DNA of 64,000 bases from Fimicolochytrium jonesii (lineage: Eukaryota). How positions within the stretch are numbered: the first letter of the stretch is position 1; the number at the start of each line of letters is the position of its first letter. A model generated the notes under the pieces. The model worked only from the letters and a program-made list of their open reading frames with translations, searched no databases and was not told the DNA's origin. The position numbers and the translations under genes were made by a program. The stretch covers positions 620,001 through 684,000 of the forward strand of contig NW_026515669.1 of NCBI RefSeq assembly GCF_025526975.1, given 5' to 3'. Below are positions 46,526-58,460 of the stretch, in pieces.

Positions 46526-48172
46526 ATGGCAGCCGAGCAGTATGAGGCTCGACAACGTCACACCGAGGCCGTCAGCTACCCGTTCCAACGCAGCCAGTCG
46601 GACCCCATGCTTTCCATGCCGCGGTCAGCGTACCCGCTATCCCCCTCCGACTTATTCTTGCCGCAATATCCCATACCGCCACCGTCACAGTTCGGAGGCA
46701 ATAATAGTCAGCAGCAGATGAGCCATCTGTCGCTTTTAGGGTCCAGCCAACTACTACAATTTCGCAGCCAGGAATCGGCTGAGAATATGCAGGTTGACTC
46801 GCCGTTTTCGACGAACCATCCCAATCACCACCTTTTCGGAAGTGGGGGAACCGAATATGTTGATTATAGCAGTTCCGGATATCAAAATGCGGGATCACGA
46901 AAAGGGAGTAATGAGAGCATCAATTCCACTACGGGATTCAATGTGCATGCTTCAGGCTACCAGCCTTCTCCGACAGGGACTGGCCTACCATCTCTTCCGA
47001 CCCCTGTGTTTAACACATTTGAGGATATCCTGGGAGCCCATTTTCAGCAACAGCAACAACAGAAGTATTTGCAGTATAAGAAACAGCAGCGGCAGAACAA
47101 GCAGCTGGAACAGCAGCAGCAGCAACAGCAGAACTCGCAAAAGCAGCCGACTTATTCCAGAGTATTTGTCAAACTATCCGAACCACCTCGGAGGAACGAC
47201 GGGCAGCAAGGCCATCGCCTGGCGCCTTTGCCCACCCCGCCGTTTTCCGCGTCAAGCTCTACGCATAGCGGCGGGGATCCCTCCCATTATCGCCACCCGC
47301 CTACGCTGCCATACCCAACTTCGCCGGTAACCACAAACATGTACACCATCCATAGCGGTGGGCCTGGGCAGTATGGGGCTGTGTCAGAAGAAGAGGAGAC
47401 GTTCGCCGGAAATGGCGATGAGCATCAAACCAGTTATCATCAAACCGGGTATGGGCAGGCCGGCGAAAATAACCCGCCGACAGACAATCTGACAGAAACT
47501 TATCACCCCGACGAACCGTCGTTCACTGAGCGGATGTTCCAATACGCCAATGCACCTTTGGGTGTACCTTTGAGTGATGCACCAGCGCACAATCCGCCTC
47601 ACCGCGTGATGGACGACAACATCCCCCAACCCCAACCCAATCAGCGAGCCGCCAAAAGCGCCCCCCGGCACCAGCACCAACGCGCAATATCCTCTCCCAT
47701 TCCCAAAACCTCTGTCCCGACGAGCCAACTTCCAGTCGCAAAGCAAGGGACGCCGACAGGCCCGCGCATATATCGCTGTTTCGTCAAGGATTGCACCAAG
47801 ACGTACGGCACGGGCGCCGGGTTGCGGTACCACCTACGCAACTTCCACAAGATGGCGAGCATACCACGTCAACCGCCCGTCCGTGTTGCGCGGACCAAAC
47901 CGGATTTCTACGCTTGCCCAAAATGCCCGAAGCAGTACAGCACTGCTGCAGGGTTGAGGTACCATAAGAAGACGTTTACGCACCCGGAGGATGTCGAAGG
48001 GATTGTGGCCCCGGCTCTTGCGAATGGGAGCCCGGCTGGGAGTGTGGGATTACCTGAGAGCGAGATTGGCGATTTCTCGGGCGAGGAGGATGTCGGATCG
48101 GAGTCGGCTGGGATGGAGGGAGTGGATGAATACGAGGACGATGGGATGGAGGTCGATGTGGAAGATGATTAG
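46526..48172 (+). CDS. C2H2 zinc-finger transcription factor with polyQ tract and acidic tail
   Basis: YRCFVKDCTKTYGTGAGLRYHLRNFH and YACPKCPKQYSTAAGLRYHKKTFTH. Gln runs lie at about 47045-47130. Confidence 0.85.
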   Translation: MAAEQYEARQRHTEAVSYPFQRSQSDPMLSMPRSAYPLSPSDLFLPQYPIPPPSQFGGNNSQQQMSHLSLLGSSQLLQFRSQESAENMQVDSPFSTNHPNHHLFGSGGTEYVDYSSSGYQNAGSRKGSNESINSTTGFNVHASGYQPSPTGTGLPSLPTPVFNTFEDILGAHFQQQQQQKYLQYKKQQRQNKQLEQQQQQQQNSQKQPTYSRVFVKLSEPPRRNDGQQGHRLAPLPTPPFSASSSTHSGGDPSHYRHPPTLPYPTSPVTTNMYTIHSGGPGQYGAVSEEEETFAGNGDEHQTSYHQTGYGQAGENNPPTDNLTETYHPDEPSFTERMFQYANAPLGVPLSDAPAHNPPHRVMDDNIPQPQPNQRAAKSAPRHQHQRAISSPIPKTSVPTSQLPVAKQGTPTGPRIYRCFVKDCTKTYGTGAGLRYHLRNFHKMASIPRQPPVRVARTKPDFYACPKCPKQYSTAAGLRYHKKTFTHPEDVEGIVAPALANGSPAGSVGLPESEIGDFSGEEDVGSESAGMEGVDEYEDDGMEVDVEDD

Positions 48173-49561
48173 GGTGCTTGGCTCCACCATGGAGGTGGGA
48201 TTGAACTTTCCGTAAAACAGTCCCATCTCGTGCCCTTCTTTCTCCCGTAGAACGGTATACATTTTTCTTGTCTTTTCGGCATTGTATTTTCCTCTTGTGA
48301 GTTTATGAACAATTTTGCATATCATTATTGAACGAGTATGTTCCCACGGTCCACTCGATCAGGTGTCCTGCCTGTTTCTGAACTAGATGATGGAGCTTCT
48401 GCGGCCTATGTTTGTAGAACTCCGACGGCTTTGCAACAAAGAGATTCCATTTCCGGTCCTCTGTGCACGCACACGGCAAACAGCATCAAATGATTACGGG
48501 TATAACATATATTTGCAGTTACATACAAAGAAGGTTCCTTTTTACATCCGCAGACCACCCGAACAATGCACACTCTCCTGCTCTGCACTACGTCCCTCCT
48601 GAGTACCATGCAGTCCCCTGTTCCCGTCCCTGATCCCAAGTGTTTGTCCGCGCCGCATCCCGGCTCTTCCTTGTCATTCCCTGAAGCACATGTTGGGAAT
48701 GGCAGTGATTGCCGATATCTGAGTGATCAGGAAAGAACACATCGTAATCAGTAAATGCTTGAACATATATTCAGGCGGCGTGAACAGACACCATTCCACC
48801 GTGAAAGTGCATATGTACGTATCAGTGTAACTATGACTATATTGCTACCCTCTTCGCTCAAAGACGAACCAAGACGGTTGTCGAATTGAGAGCTCTGGAT
48901 GCGTTGGAGTTTGTCATCAAGTACAGCAACTTTCACGGCGGTCGCGTCCACTGCTCGTCCACGGGAATAAGGATGGGAAGGGATATCGGGCTTACCTTGG
49001 ATATGCGGCGATGGATTCCATCAACTTGAACGATAGAGCGCCTGCGACACTGAGGGTGAAGAAGGAGACTTATAATAAGCATAATGACACCACAGTCTTC
49101 CCAACTCACGAAGAGCGCGAAATAGCATCAGATATGTGATGTGTGTTGGTTAATCTACAGCGCCGCCGAACCCAGCCCGAGGACCAGATAAAGGCGGCTC
49201 AGCATTGCAGAACCTTGTCTCCTCCTGTGCAAGATATTGAGGGAGAAGGGCGAGCAGGGAGGACGGATCTTACCTTGTGTTGCGGATTGCTCGAGATGCA
49301 GAACCCAGGGAAGGTGCAGAAGAAAACCCCCGGAAATCTCCGACTCCGTTTATATCGACATGCGTGATCACGTGTTGCTCAAATCAATACGAAGTGCTGA
49401 GGAAGTTTGACACTTCCCCAAGATCCTTTGCGATGTCCAGAAAAAGACTTTGGATTCTACGGAAAAGATACGACTTTGTTGCAACTGGGAAAGTAACTTC
49501 GAATGGCATGCTAACGCAAAGGCCGGCATTTCAGCATCACTGGTTGGCGACACCACACACG

Positions 49562-51193
49562 ATGACGGACGGAGCTGGCGAGAACGACCAACGAGCACCG
49601 ATAACAAAGTCCTGCAAACCAACGATGCTGGACTTACCCGACGAGCTGATAGTGTTGGTGTTGGAATGGGTATCAACGCAGTGCCTAGGTCGCTTTCAGC
49701 GGGCGAGTAAAGGAATGCACTCCCTCGTCGTTAGCAACGAAACGACGCTTTACCGACGCTTACTTGAGCGATATCTTGCGAGTCTCGATGTTGTTCCCGC
49801 CGGGGGGGACGCAGTCAACAACACTCTAGGTTCAATCACTACGTGCCCTGGCCAATGGCGAATTTTACTGTCCGACGCACTCCTTTGGGGACGAAATTTG
49901 CCGCAAACAGTAACGAAACGATCCGCGCGATATGCTGTAGCACCAACGGTGGGCGACAAAGACTGCGAGAGCAGTGACGCACGGTCTTACATCGACGCGG
50001 TTCCCGGAGCTGGTGGAGAAATCGGGCTCACCGTCCGAATAATTGGGCCGAACTCCATATGCACATCTTGGGGGGGATTGCGTATTCAAAGTATAGATGG
50101 TGATGGAGAATGTAGGGGAAGCATATCGCGAAGCAGTAGCAACGCCACATTATGCGGTGACGGTCAGGGTGGGGCCATAGAGGAGCTTGGTCTCGCACAG
50201 CAAGACGATGATGTGTTTGCCGGCATGAACCCGAAATGGATCGATGACCACACTCCTTCCTCTGACACATTTAGCGGGTCAGGGCAGCTCATGGCGATTA
50301 ATGAATGGAGTGAAGACTGGCAAGGCGGATATACCAGCATTTTTGAGACGTCTGAGTGCGTCCCTCGGAAACAGAATAGCAAAGAGCCCCTCCGGCTGGT
50401 CGCATGTTTTCGTGCCCTCGAAACAGCGCACATTGCAATCACGCACGGAAATCTATATGCCGCATGTACCGCATGGTGGACAATGCCGCATCCTGGAGAC
50501 GCGAGCGAGCCGAAACCTGCGTTCATCCGCTTATTCAAGGTTCTGAACGATGCCGGAGCTACTCAGTCTGGAAAAACTCCCGAGTGGACCTTCGAACTAC
50601 CCGCGCACCATCGCCCGCGGTCGCTTGCGCTGAGCGAAACGTATCTTGCGTGTGCAGTGGAAGCCGCCGCAGGATACCGTGTGATGGTGCTAGACGTTCG
50701 TACTGGCGCTCTACTCGGACAAGTTACCTCGTCCGTATCGGAATCGGGCGTATTCGACCGCGACGCCGGTGTACAGTCGATTCATCTTTTACGCAACGTG
50801 CTTCTCGTTCAAGCATCGGGAACCCTCCATGTCTATCTATTGATCCCGTCACCACCAATCACCAACCAACCCCGTGCGGTGCTGGCTCAACCTCTCGCGG
50901 CGGTCCAAACGGGCGATGTGGCGCCCATCCACGTCTTTAAGCTCCCAAGCAGTACGCCATCTGCAGTCCAGGATCAGGAACCTACCCTAATGGTGTGCGA
51001 CTTCCAACACCCTGAGCGAGTATGCCTGCTGCAGCCTGCAAGTCTGAAGAAACGATGGGTTTCCGCTGCGCGGGTAGCTGGGGACTCTGGAATTTGGTGT
51101 TTGTACCGAGATGCCGACGGGTCAAAACCAAAGGCATTGAGTGAGCTTGGGTTAGTATGGAAGCGGATAGAGCCGAATCATGTTGATCGATAG
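49562..51193 (+). CDS. F-box protein with a probable beta-propeller C-terminus; intronless
   Basis: F-box MLDLPDELIVLVLEWVSTQCLGRFQRASKGMHSLV and a beta-rich C-terminus (VMVLDVRTG). The start codon is uncertain. Confidence 0.75.
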   Translation: MTDGAGENDQRAPITKSCKPTMLDLPDELIVLVLEWVSTQCLGRFQRASKGMHSLVVSNETTLYRRLLERYLASLDVVPAGGDAVNNTLGSITTCPGQWRILLSDALLWGRNLPQTVTKRSARYAVAPTVGDKDCESSDARSYIDAVPGAGGEIGLTVRIIGPNSICTSWGGLRIQSIDGDGECRGSISRSSSNATLCGDGQGGAIEELGLAQQDDDVFAGMNPKWIDDHTPSSDTFSGSGQLMAINEWSEDWQGGYTSIFETSECVPRKQNSKEPLRLVACFRALETAHIAITHGNLYAACTAWWTMPHPGDASEPKPAFIRLFKVLNDAGATQSGKTPEWTFELPAHHRPRSLALSETYLACAVEAAAGYRVMVLDVRTGALLGQVTSSVSESGVFDRDAGVQSIHLLRNVLLVQASGTLHVYLLIPSPPITNQPRAVLAQPLAAVQTGDVAPIHVFKLPSSTPSAVQDQEPTLMVCDFQHPERVCLLQPASLKKRWVSAARVAGDSGIWCLYRDADGSKPKALSELGLVWKRIEPNHVDR

Positions 51194-51673
51194 AGGTTCA
51201 TTGAGCGTGAGGGGATGAAACCTATTATCTTTTAGTGAAAGTTTGGAACGGCGTACATCATGGTTAATTTTGCTACATAGACACGTCGGAAGTCCTGTTT
51301 CTTGTATTCAGGCCGTTGCCTTCTTTCTCTCTTGCAAGCGCAAATGTGATAGAATTCCGGTTGTTTAGCTGCTTCTTTCTGCCATCTTCCGTTTTCGTTG
51401 TTGTAAAGGACGATCGTTTTGGCGATCTAAGGCGTTACCAGCAAATTGGGAACGCGCATGTGTGGCTTTTCGAGCCCTCCGGTTCCGATTATAGGATAGA
51501 CAGAAATCTCCCCTATTTCCAACAGCAGCATAAACCTTACGGGCCTTCCAGCCCTTTCTAAAGCCCGTATACGATGTTCATATAGTGACAGCCGCTCGTC
51601 GCTCTTTGTGACGTCTTTCTCTCCAAGCAACCCGCTCCTTCTTTCATCACAGAAGGAAGAAAGTTTCCGTGTG

Positions 51674-53650
51674 ATGAGACCGACGTTGCAGGCTGCCTCT
51701 GAGGATGCGGCCATTCCCGATCAGCCAACTGGAACCACTCTGAGCGTCGAAGGGGACGCCTCGAAGGCACAAGTGCGAACTGACAACAGCCAAGAGGCCA
51801 ACCGTGCGAGTCCGAGCAGTCGCGGGGGGCCGACGCCCCCGGGATTGAACGGCTCTTCGAATGCCACTCGTCCCAGTCTGGTGAAAGGGAGCGCATGGAC
51901 GCTATACCGCGTACTGTCAATATCCATTGTCAACCTGACCTTTTCCACCGCCCTCCTTGCGCTGTGGAGATTTATCGAGATCGAGTTACGGCGATACTAT
52001 GGTTGCGTGGAAGTGTGTTATCTCCCATTCGGAGGCGGAGAAGCAGACATCCGAAAGTTCTCGCTCTGGGGTTATTTCGGCATTTTCTGGGTAGCGATCC
52101 TAACCACAAACTCGATCGATAATGTCCCATTATGGAGGCGGCTGGAACTGGGTAGATTCAGACGGACGGATCCTGGCGCGGGATTCCGAAGGTGCTGGAA
52201 GACGGTCGCCTACGTCGCAAGCAGGGTTCTCTGGCCCCTGTTGAGCCTTATACCCGTATGGTATACCCCCACGGCAGATTCGACTCTGGGTGTCATGATT
52301 GGAGTCAATGCGCTGGGGATGCTGTTCGTCGGTTCCATATTCTTATGGTACGATCAGCCGGTGAAAATGCGGTTCAAACATGCTATCGCTGCCACCATCG
52401 CCATGGCAGCAAGCTTTGGAGTGCTCCTGTTGGGGTATTGGACGATGATCAACACGGACCGGCTAAGCTATCTGGCGACCTTCATCGCTGGCGGAGTATA
52501 CCCCGTCGTCAGAGTAGTGACGGTATCGCAGTTTGTAGAGATCTCTTCCAAGGCATATCACTGGTCTCTCGACGATCCTCGAGGAACTTCCCACTTCCTC
52601 GCATACTTGTCAGCGGCCGGTGCCGGCTTCAGCGTCCCAACGAAGGTTCGGATCCTTACCTTCGAGCGGTCTAGCCAATTCTGGGTGGCCGTCTTCTTCA
52701 GCATCTGCACGGAGATAGGAACAAGATTATGGCTCGTATATGTTATCATCTGCGTCCGACAGGGCGGAGAAGACACCGATGCGGAAAACTCCTGGTCCGA
52801 TGAGGAAATGGCCTATCTGAGAACTTCCCGGATAAACTCTCCAATGGCGAGTACGGTAGATAAGAAGATGAAGAGCTGGCGTTCGAGCGATGTCGTTACG
52901 AGCGGCGACCCGAACGGTCGCCGGTCTGCGTTACAATCACGGCACATATCAGATGACGACTCGGCAAGCCATATCGAAAAAGCCTCTCATCCGACTAGAA
53001 TCGTTGGTGTAGTCGAGAACACCAAACCAGGCACGATTCAGCAGGCCCTGTCGCTACTCCCATCAGCAAACCCTCAGCCGGATATTGGCCAGCGGGCCAC
53101 GTCCGCAAGATCGCTGGAACAGTGCAATCCAAAGCAGTGCAAATCGCCAACGAACTGGCCATGGCTCATGGCCTCTCACCGTTGCGTACAGCATTTTCTC
53201 ATCACCAAGTTCAATTTCGGCTATTTCCCTGATCCGCGGTGGCACGCCTTACAGATCGCTGGCATGACAATCGCCGAATACCTCTCGTTGGGCATGACCG
53301 TCGGGCTGCTGTACTTCCACTGGGACGCATCAGGGTCCTCCCAGTCGAGTTGGCTGGCAAATTTCACAAACTCCTATTCGAATAAGGTGTCGATGTTTCC
53401 CATCACGGGTCTGGAGCCAGCCGCGCAAGAGTATGCGGCACAGCAGTTACAAGCCTGGTGGACCCGTGGCTTGATCATGTTCTTCCTTCAGGTGGTTATG
53501 GATCTCCTGATGGGTCTTGTGCAACGAAAGCAGATGATCTTATGGGAGAGGCTGCCTCCGTTCAACGGCTCGGCATATGCGTCCGTCTTGGCGTTTCTCG
53601 GATGCACCATGTGCGCGTTCCTGACGGTTTATCGAGGATTGCTCACTTGA
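51674..53650 (+). CDS. Uncharacterised multi-pass membrane protein; intronless
   Basis: Long ORF with about 10-11 hydrophobic segments, split by a roughly 140-aa polar loop before the last three. Confidence 0.72.
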   Translation: MRPTLQAASEDAAIPDQPTGTTLSVEGDASKAQVRTDNSQEANRASPSSRGGPTPPGLNGSSNATRPSLVKGSAWTLYRVLSISIVNLTFSTALLALWRFIEIELRRYYGCVEVCYLPFGGGEADIRKFSLWGYFGIFWVAILTTNSIDNVPLWRRLELGRFRRTDPGAGFRRCWKTVAYVASRVLWPLLSLIPVWYTPTADSTLGVMIGVNALGMLFVGSIFLWYDQPVKMRFKHAIAATIAMAASFGVLLLGYWTMINTDRLSYLATFIAGGVYPVVRVVTVSQFVEISSKAYHWSLDDPRGTSHFLAYLSAAGAGFSVPTKVRILTFERSSQFWVAVFFSICTEIGTRLWLVYVIICVRQGGEDTDAENSWSDEEMAYLRTSRINSPMASTVDKKMKSWRSSDVVTSGDPNGRRSALQSRHISDDDSASHIEKASHPTRIVGVVENTKPGTIQQALSLLPSANPQPDIGQRATSARSLEQCNPKQCKSPTNWPWLMASHRCVQHFLITKFNFGYFPDPRWHALQIAGMTIAEYLSLGMTVGLLYFHWDASGSSQSSWLANFTNSYSNKVSMFPITGLEPAAQEYAAQQLQAWWTRGLIMFFLQVVMDLLMGLVQRKQMILWERLPPFNGSAYASVLAFLGCTMCAFLTVYRGLLT

Positions 53651-54088
53651 GGTTGATATCGGGGAGGGACCTTCGATACCTCTGGAATAAAGGACTTCTC
53701 CTCCAGGTTGCAGATATCAGTTTGGCCGCCTAATGTAATTTCATCACCATGTATACATATATACGAGAGACTATGCGGAATCTATCAGAAGGCGAAAATC
53801 GTTGTGTGAAAGACATTGTATCTCCGCACTGGAAGGCTACACCTAGAGCACCAGAGCCCTGCGTTGAGAATTCACAGGCCGCACCGGATGAGAGTCTGTG
53901 GAACGCGCCTGGGTCGTGAAGAGCTGTTCTTGCATGTTGAACGAGGACGGCCGTCCTCTCCTTGGCCTCAAGAGATAAGGAACCTCGGGGTGTCCGGCAC
54001 ATCGTTTCGCAGCTGCATTGGTATATGACGCCGACAGACATCCGTTTGGGCCCATTCCTGTGGCATCCACACTTGTGCGACCGATGTG

Positions 54089-55880
54089 TCACCGGCCCTC
54101 CTGCTCAGTGTATGAAGCGATAACATCAACCACGTTCTCAGCCGCGGAAGCGATGTCAGCCCCGTCGATGTGTTCCGTATAATGATGCAGGTTGGCCTAT
54201 CGATCGTTGTTAGCCGACCACTTCCACCGCGTTGTTTTAAAGGGAGATCTAACCTTCCGTCTGTACAGTTTGTTGAACCGCCCGTTCAACCTTGTAAGAC
54301 TATTCCGAATTCCACAATTGTTTGCCAGCGCCAACAGACATCGAGGCTGACAAGGAAATCAGTCAGGATCAGTGGACGGAAGTGACACGCCCACGCATGT
54401 CGAGAATCGCAGATACCTGGCCTAATGGGGGCACTGAACAGATGCCCGTCTTCCAGCTCTCCCGATTCCAAGATGCAAACTTGAGTTGCGATGATAGCTT
54501 ATCGATGTTTCGCCGTATGTCGGAGATCTCCACATCCCCACGAGCCACCAAGGCACATGCTAAGTATCTGGACAATAGATGAGCGTCGGAATGCGTGGTG
54601 GTTTGCCACGGGGTAGGGGTATAACTCAGTTAGCTCACCGATGTGCCTTGGGATCAGCTTTGATAAGCTGACTATCTCTACTGAATGCGTCCAAAAACAT
54701 TTGATCGACTCTGGACAGTGGAATCAGCAACCATCGTGCGGGCACACCCATTTTGCCAAAAACAACCCTACCTTCGAGGGGCTGCCGAGGAGTCAGTCAA
54801 AGTGTAGAGCGGTGTCATGCTTGACATGACGAACTTCAAACGTGGAAAAGGGACAAGGTTCGTCACGATGTCATTGATATCCACATTCATGCTTCCCTCG
54901 AATCTCATCGAGCTGAAAACGAGATCATCAGGAAGCCATCGTATTGGCAGACAAGACGCGAGAAAGCTGGCTCCATGCCCCACCTAGTCATGTTCATCAA
55001 GAGATTCGCCGCAATGTTATTCATCGCGTCGAATGGATGCGTTTTCCGCCCGCTCACTCCACACAAACCGCCCATCGCTTTATCCCCATTGTCCGTTAAT
55101 GCCATCTTGCGTGTCCGGGCGCTTGCCCTCGTCTCCGTCTGTGAGACAACCTTCTCGTAGATATCCAGCAATGCATCGTTCTCGATGGGAAGAACGCAGT
55201 CGGCGGTGTCGATGAGTTTCGAGAGGGACAAGATACTGCCGTTCATGATGCGTCAGAATGTATCGAGTTTCCTAAGCTAAAGCTTCGTCATTGCGGATTG
55301 CACACCTGTTATACGGCGACGTCACTACATCATCATTTTCACTCGGCATCACCGTCGTGTAAAATCGATACACCTCCGAATATTCGTCCGCAAGCGTCTC
55401 ACATATGAAGCTGCCCAGTCCACTGCCCGTTCCTCCACCAAGGGACCCCAACATGAAGAACGACTGCAAAGAGTCGCACCATTCCGCCTGCCTCCTTATG
55501 CCCTCCAATATCTCCTCGCGATACATAGGTCCGTACACACAGTTGCCGACCGCCCAATTGTTGCCACTGCCGGAGTTCGAGATCACAGCCTGGTCTGAGT
55601 CGAATAGTTCGCCAAGTGGGGACTTCCGGATTTGTCCAACGACCCCTTCCTCCATATCTACCATCAGACCACGGGCTTTCAGGCCCGTTATCCTCTTTTT
55701 ACCATCACCAAGCGGTACATGGCTTCCGTACTTGTCAACGTTACGAAAAAAGGTCGATAGGGCGTCATCGTACACCCCTTTGCGGTTGTTGCGCGCGTGT
55801 TCCTGAAGAACCATGTCCCAGAAGCGGGAGCCTATCTGGTTCCCGCATTGTCCGACCTGGACAACGATGCTGTTGCTCAT
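54089..55880 (-). CDS. TUBE1: Epsilon-tubulin; multi-exon
   Basis: IVVQVGQCGNQIG, VDMEEGVV, SGSGNNWAVG, GGGTGSGLG, DDVVTSPYN, ADCVLPIENDAL, MRFEGSMNVDINDIVTNLVPFPRL, WKTGICSVPP, LALANN, KLYRRK|ANLHHY. Stop at 54091-54089. Confidence 0.92.
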
Positions 55881-56214
55881 TGCTGTTCATGGCTTCGTCG
55901 TTCGAACTGAGCGGTGGGAAAAAGTCCCAACCCGTTTCCAAAGTGATGTGAGCAGCCAAGTTCGGACGCGTCGCGCTAGGGTTAAGTCTACAGGCTGAAA
56001 AACTTCGAGAACTTGCGTGCTCCTGGACGCACATCTGACGTGCTCAAGGCGTTCATTCATATTATACGACTAGCTTAGAACCTACATACACATATGCTAT
56101 ATACATATATAATGCGTGATGATATGATACACATTGCCACCGGAAGCGCAAACTAGCCCGCATGGATACATACATGCATAGCAGGCTCGCGGGGATGGAA
56201 GGCGTAGATCGCGC

Positions 56215-58248
56215 TCAGTAATCCGTGCTCCGCTGTGCGCAACGTCGGGCGTTGCGGTTGTAGTCTCGACGATCTTCTTTGCTGCCGAACCACATCTTGG
56301 TGGCTCTCATGTTGAGGTGCGTCGTTGGGTCGCCGGATGGATCTCGTTTGAACAGATTTACAAGCATGTCGAGGTATTCGCGAATGTTCTCGGCTCGTTC
56401 CACCCTGCACGACAAAAAGCCCTGTCAAGATGCTTGAAGGGTAGAACTCTCCAAGCTAGCAGCATAACCTATACCTGTAATAAGGGATGCCGTCCGGTGA
56501 TATGTGCGGATGAAACATCTCCGTAGTGAACCGAATTCGAGGTTGCACGGTCGGAAAGTCATCATGGAATCTCATCTCAATGTTAAACATGCCGCCATCG
56601 TGTTGGGTCATCGGGAGGCCCATCGCCGTCAAGTCCCATGCGAAAGGATTGTCATTCCGCAGTTCCATTAGAAGGCACGAGTCGTACTCGTGTGATGCTT
56701 GAATCTGATCGAATTGACTCCTCAGATTGCTAGCAGATGTCGTTTCATTTGCGATCCAATCCTTCGAAAGTCTGCAGTCAAGCTGGAGGTGAGGCGCTGG
56801 TCGTTCGCAGAGACAGTCAAGGAATGCGGTATCCTTACGTCATCCATTCTTCAGGCTCTTTCAGTAATGCTTCCTGAATTTTGTCCAAGCGTTTCGTCAA
56901 CGCCGTATACTGGAATGTTCCTGAGCGACATTGGTGTCAGTGCGGAGAACGAGAAGAATGTGCGACGCGATCAGAGGTCACCTTGGGCGCTATTGTTACC
57001 GAACTCAAACCTTGCTAGAACGAAGGCTGATCGTGGGGAAGAGATGGTTGAGTACACACAAAGGTAAATGGCAATCCTCGATCCCGAAGATCACCTGTTC
57101 CTTCTCTCTTGGTCGTCATTTCTCTTTGTGCCGTTTCCGAGTATATCTGCTTGTACCTTTTCGAAACAGGGAGAAGTGTGAGAGAGCATTCCTCGACGGT
57201 TGCATGTGCATAGCAGGACGTGAACTTACATCAAGAACATTCTTTTCGTTACGTCGAGGAACGGGCTGGTACTTCGGCATGTGCAAAATGGTCGGCTTAT
57301 GCTGGTAGTTCCGTCTACTTTGATGTTATCGTTCTTCCAGCCCAGTGCTTCTTCCAGTCTATCACAAACAGAGACTCGTATCGTTTCTACAATCGAGACT
57401 CAGTACGCAACGAGCATTTCAACCGGTATGAGTTCCGACTCACCATGTTGCAGTTTTGCATTGTAATCGTCCAATATCTTTTCGTCCTTCTCCTCTTCAT
57501 GATCCGGCTGTTATCCATCGCGTGATCAGTCCTGGCGTTCAATATCGTGAAGGCTTCGCATCAATGGAAGCACCTCATTTCGATACGGGAACTCGCTCAG
57601 CAGGGATTGTATCGAGACGAGAACAGAGAGGATGCCATGCGCTGCACTCCATTTCTCTCCCGACTCCTTCGCTTCCCAGGTGCCAAGAATGCTGAGGCAC
57701 ACTTTCCCGGTGCTGTAGATGTTTGGATTGAACCTAACCCGCGAGTTTGACGTAGTCATAGCTGTGACTTTCGGTGGTGCTTGTGGATAGTTGTCCCCGA
57801 TATTGAAGACGAAGTCCTAGGAAGTGCACCAAGGTCAACTTTCGTCTCTCCCGTTCCTATAGCAGGATCTCTGTGCTTACAAACATTCCGAGTCTATGGA
57901 CCAAACACAAAGGGGTTAGGTGATCTGGGCAAACACAGTGCCTCGCGGCGCAAGAGTCACTTACGCATAAGGAGTCTGAGTCGGCCCGGTGATGAGAGCG
58001 TGAACATGCTTGATATTACTATCGTCGTACCTGCAAGCAGACTGTGAGTCCTATGCGCCGCTTGGCAAGTTTGACGTCTCCCACCCACCAAAGAAAGTAC
58101 TGGTTTTCGGGGCTTTTCTGGAATGTTGCAGGAAGAAACCCGTGGCTTAGGGTGGGCACAGCACGATCGACAACACAACGAAGGCCTGCCGGCTTACCTC
58201 TATGTCGTTCAACTCCTTCTGTATCCTCAGGATCGACGAGTTGCTCAT
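56215..58248 (-). CDS. UBE2Z-like ubiquitin-conjugating enzyme with a second C-terminal UBC-like domain; multi-exon
   Basis: [38 protein letters not shown] (active Cys), [17 protein letters not shown]. Second domain: [18 protein letters not shown]...[24 protein letters not shown]. Confidence 0.83.
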
Positions 58249-58460
58249 TATGAATGGGCTCTGGTAGGGGACGCAGGATTGTGGAATGTTGAAACGGTCT
58301 GAAGTTCAGGATTCCCTTGACAGGGGCCTGTCAAAAGAGATGCCCCTGACACGCTCACGCCGTCAGCCCCAAAAATCCCCTCAAAAACGGTTTCACTTTC
58401 GAAGCACACATAAACATACCGATCTTTGTTGAATGTTCCAAGGAAGGGGCGAACAGCAGA

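Noticed and set aside
49277..49561. N-terminal extension of the F-box ORF
   Set aside because: The ORF opens at a non-ATG codon; F-box domains are typically near the N-terminus, so a downstream ATG is more plausible.
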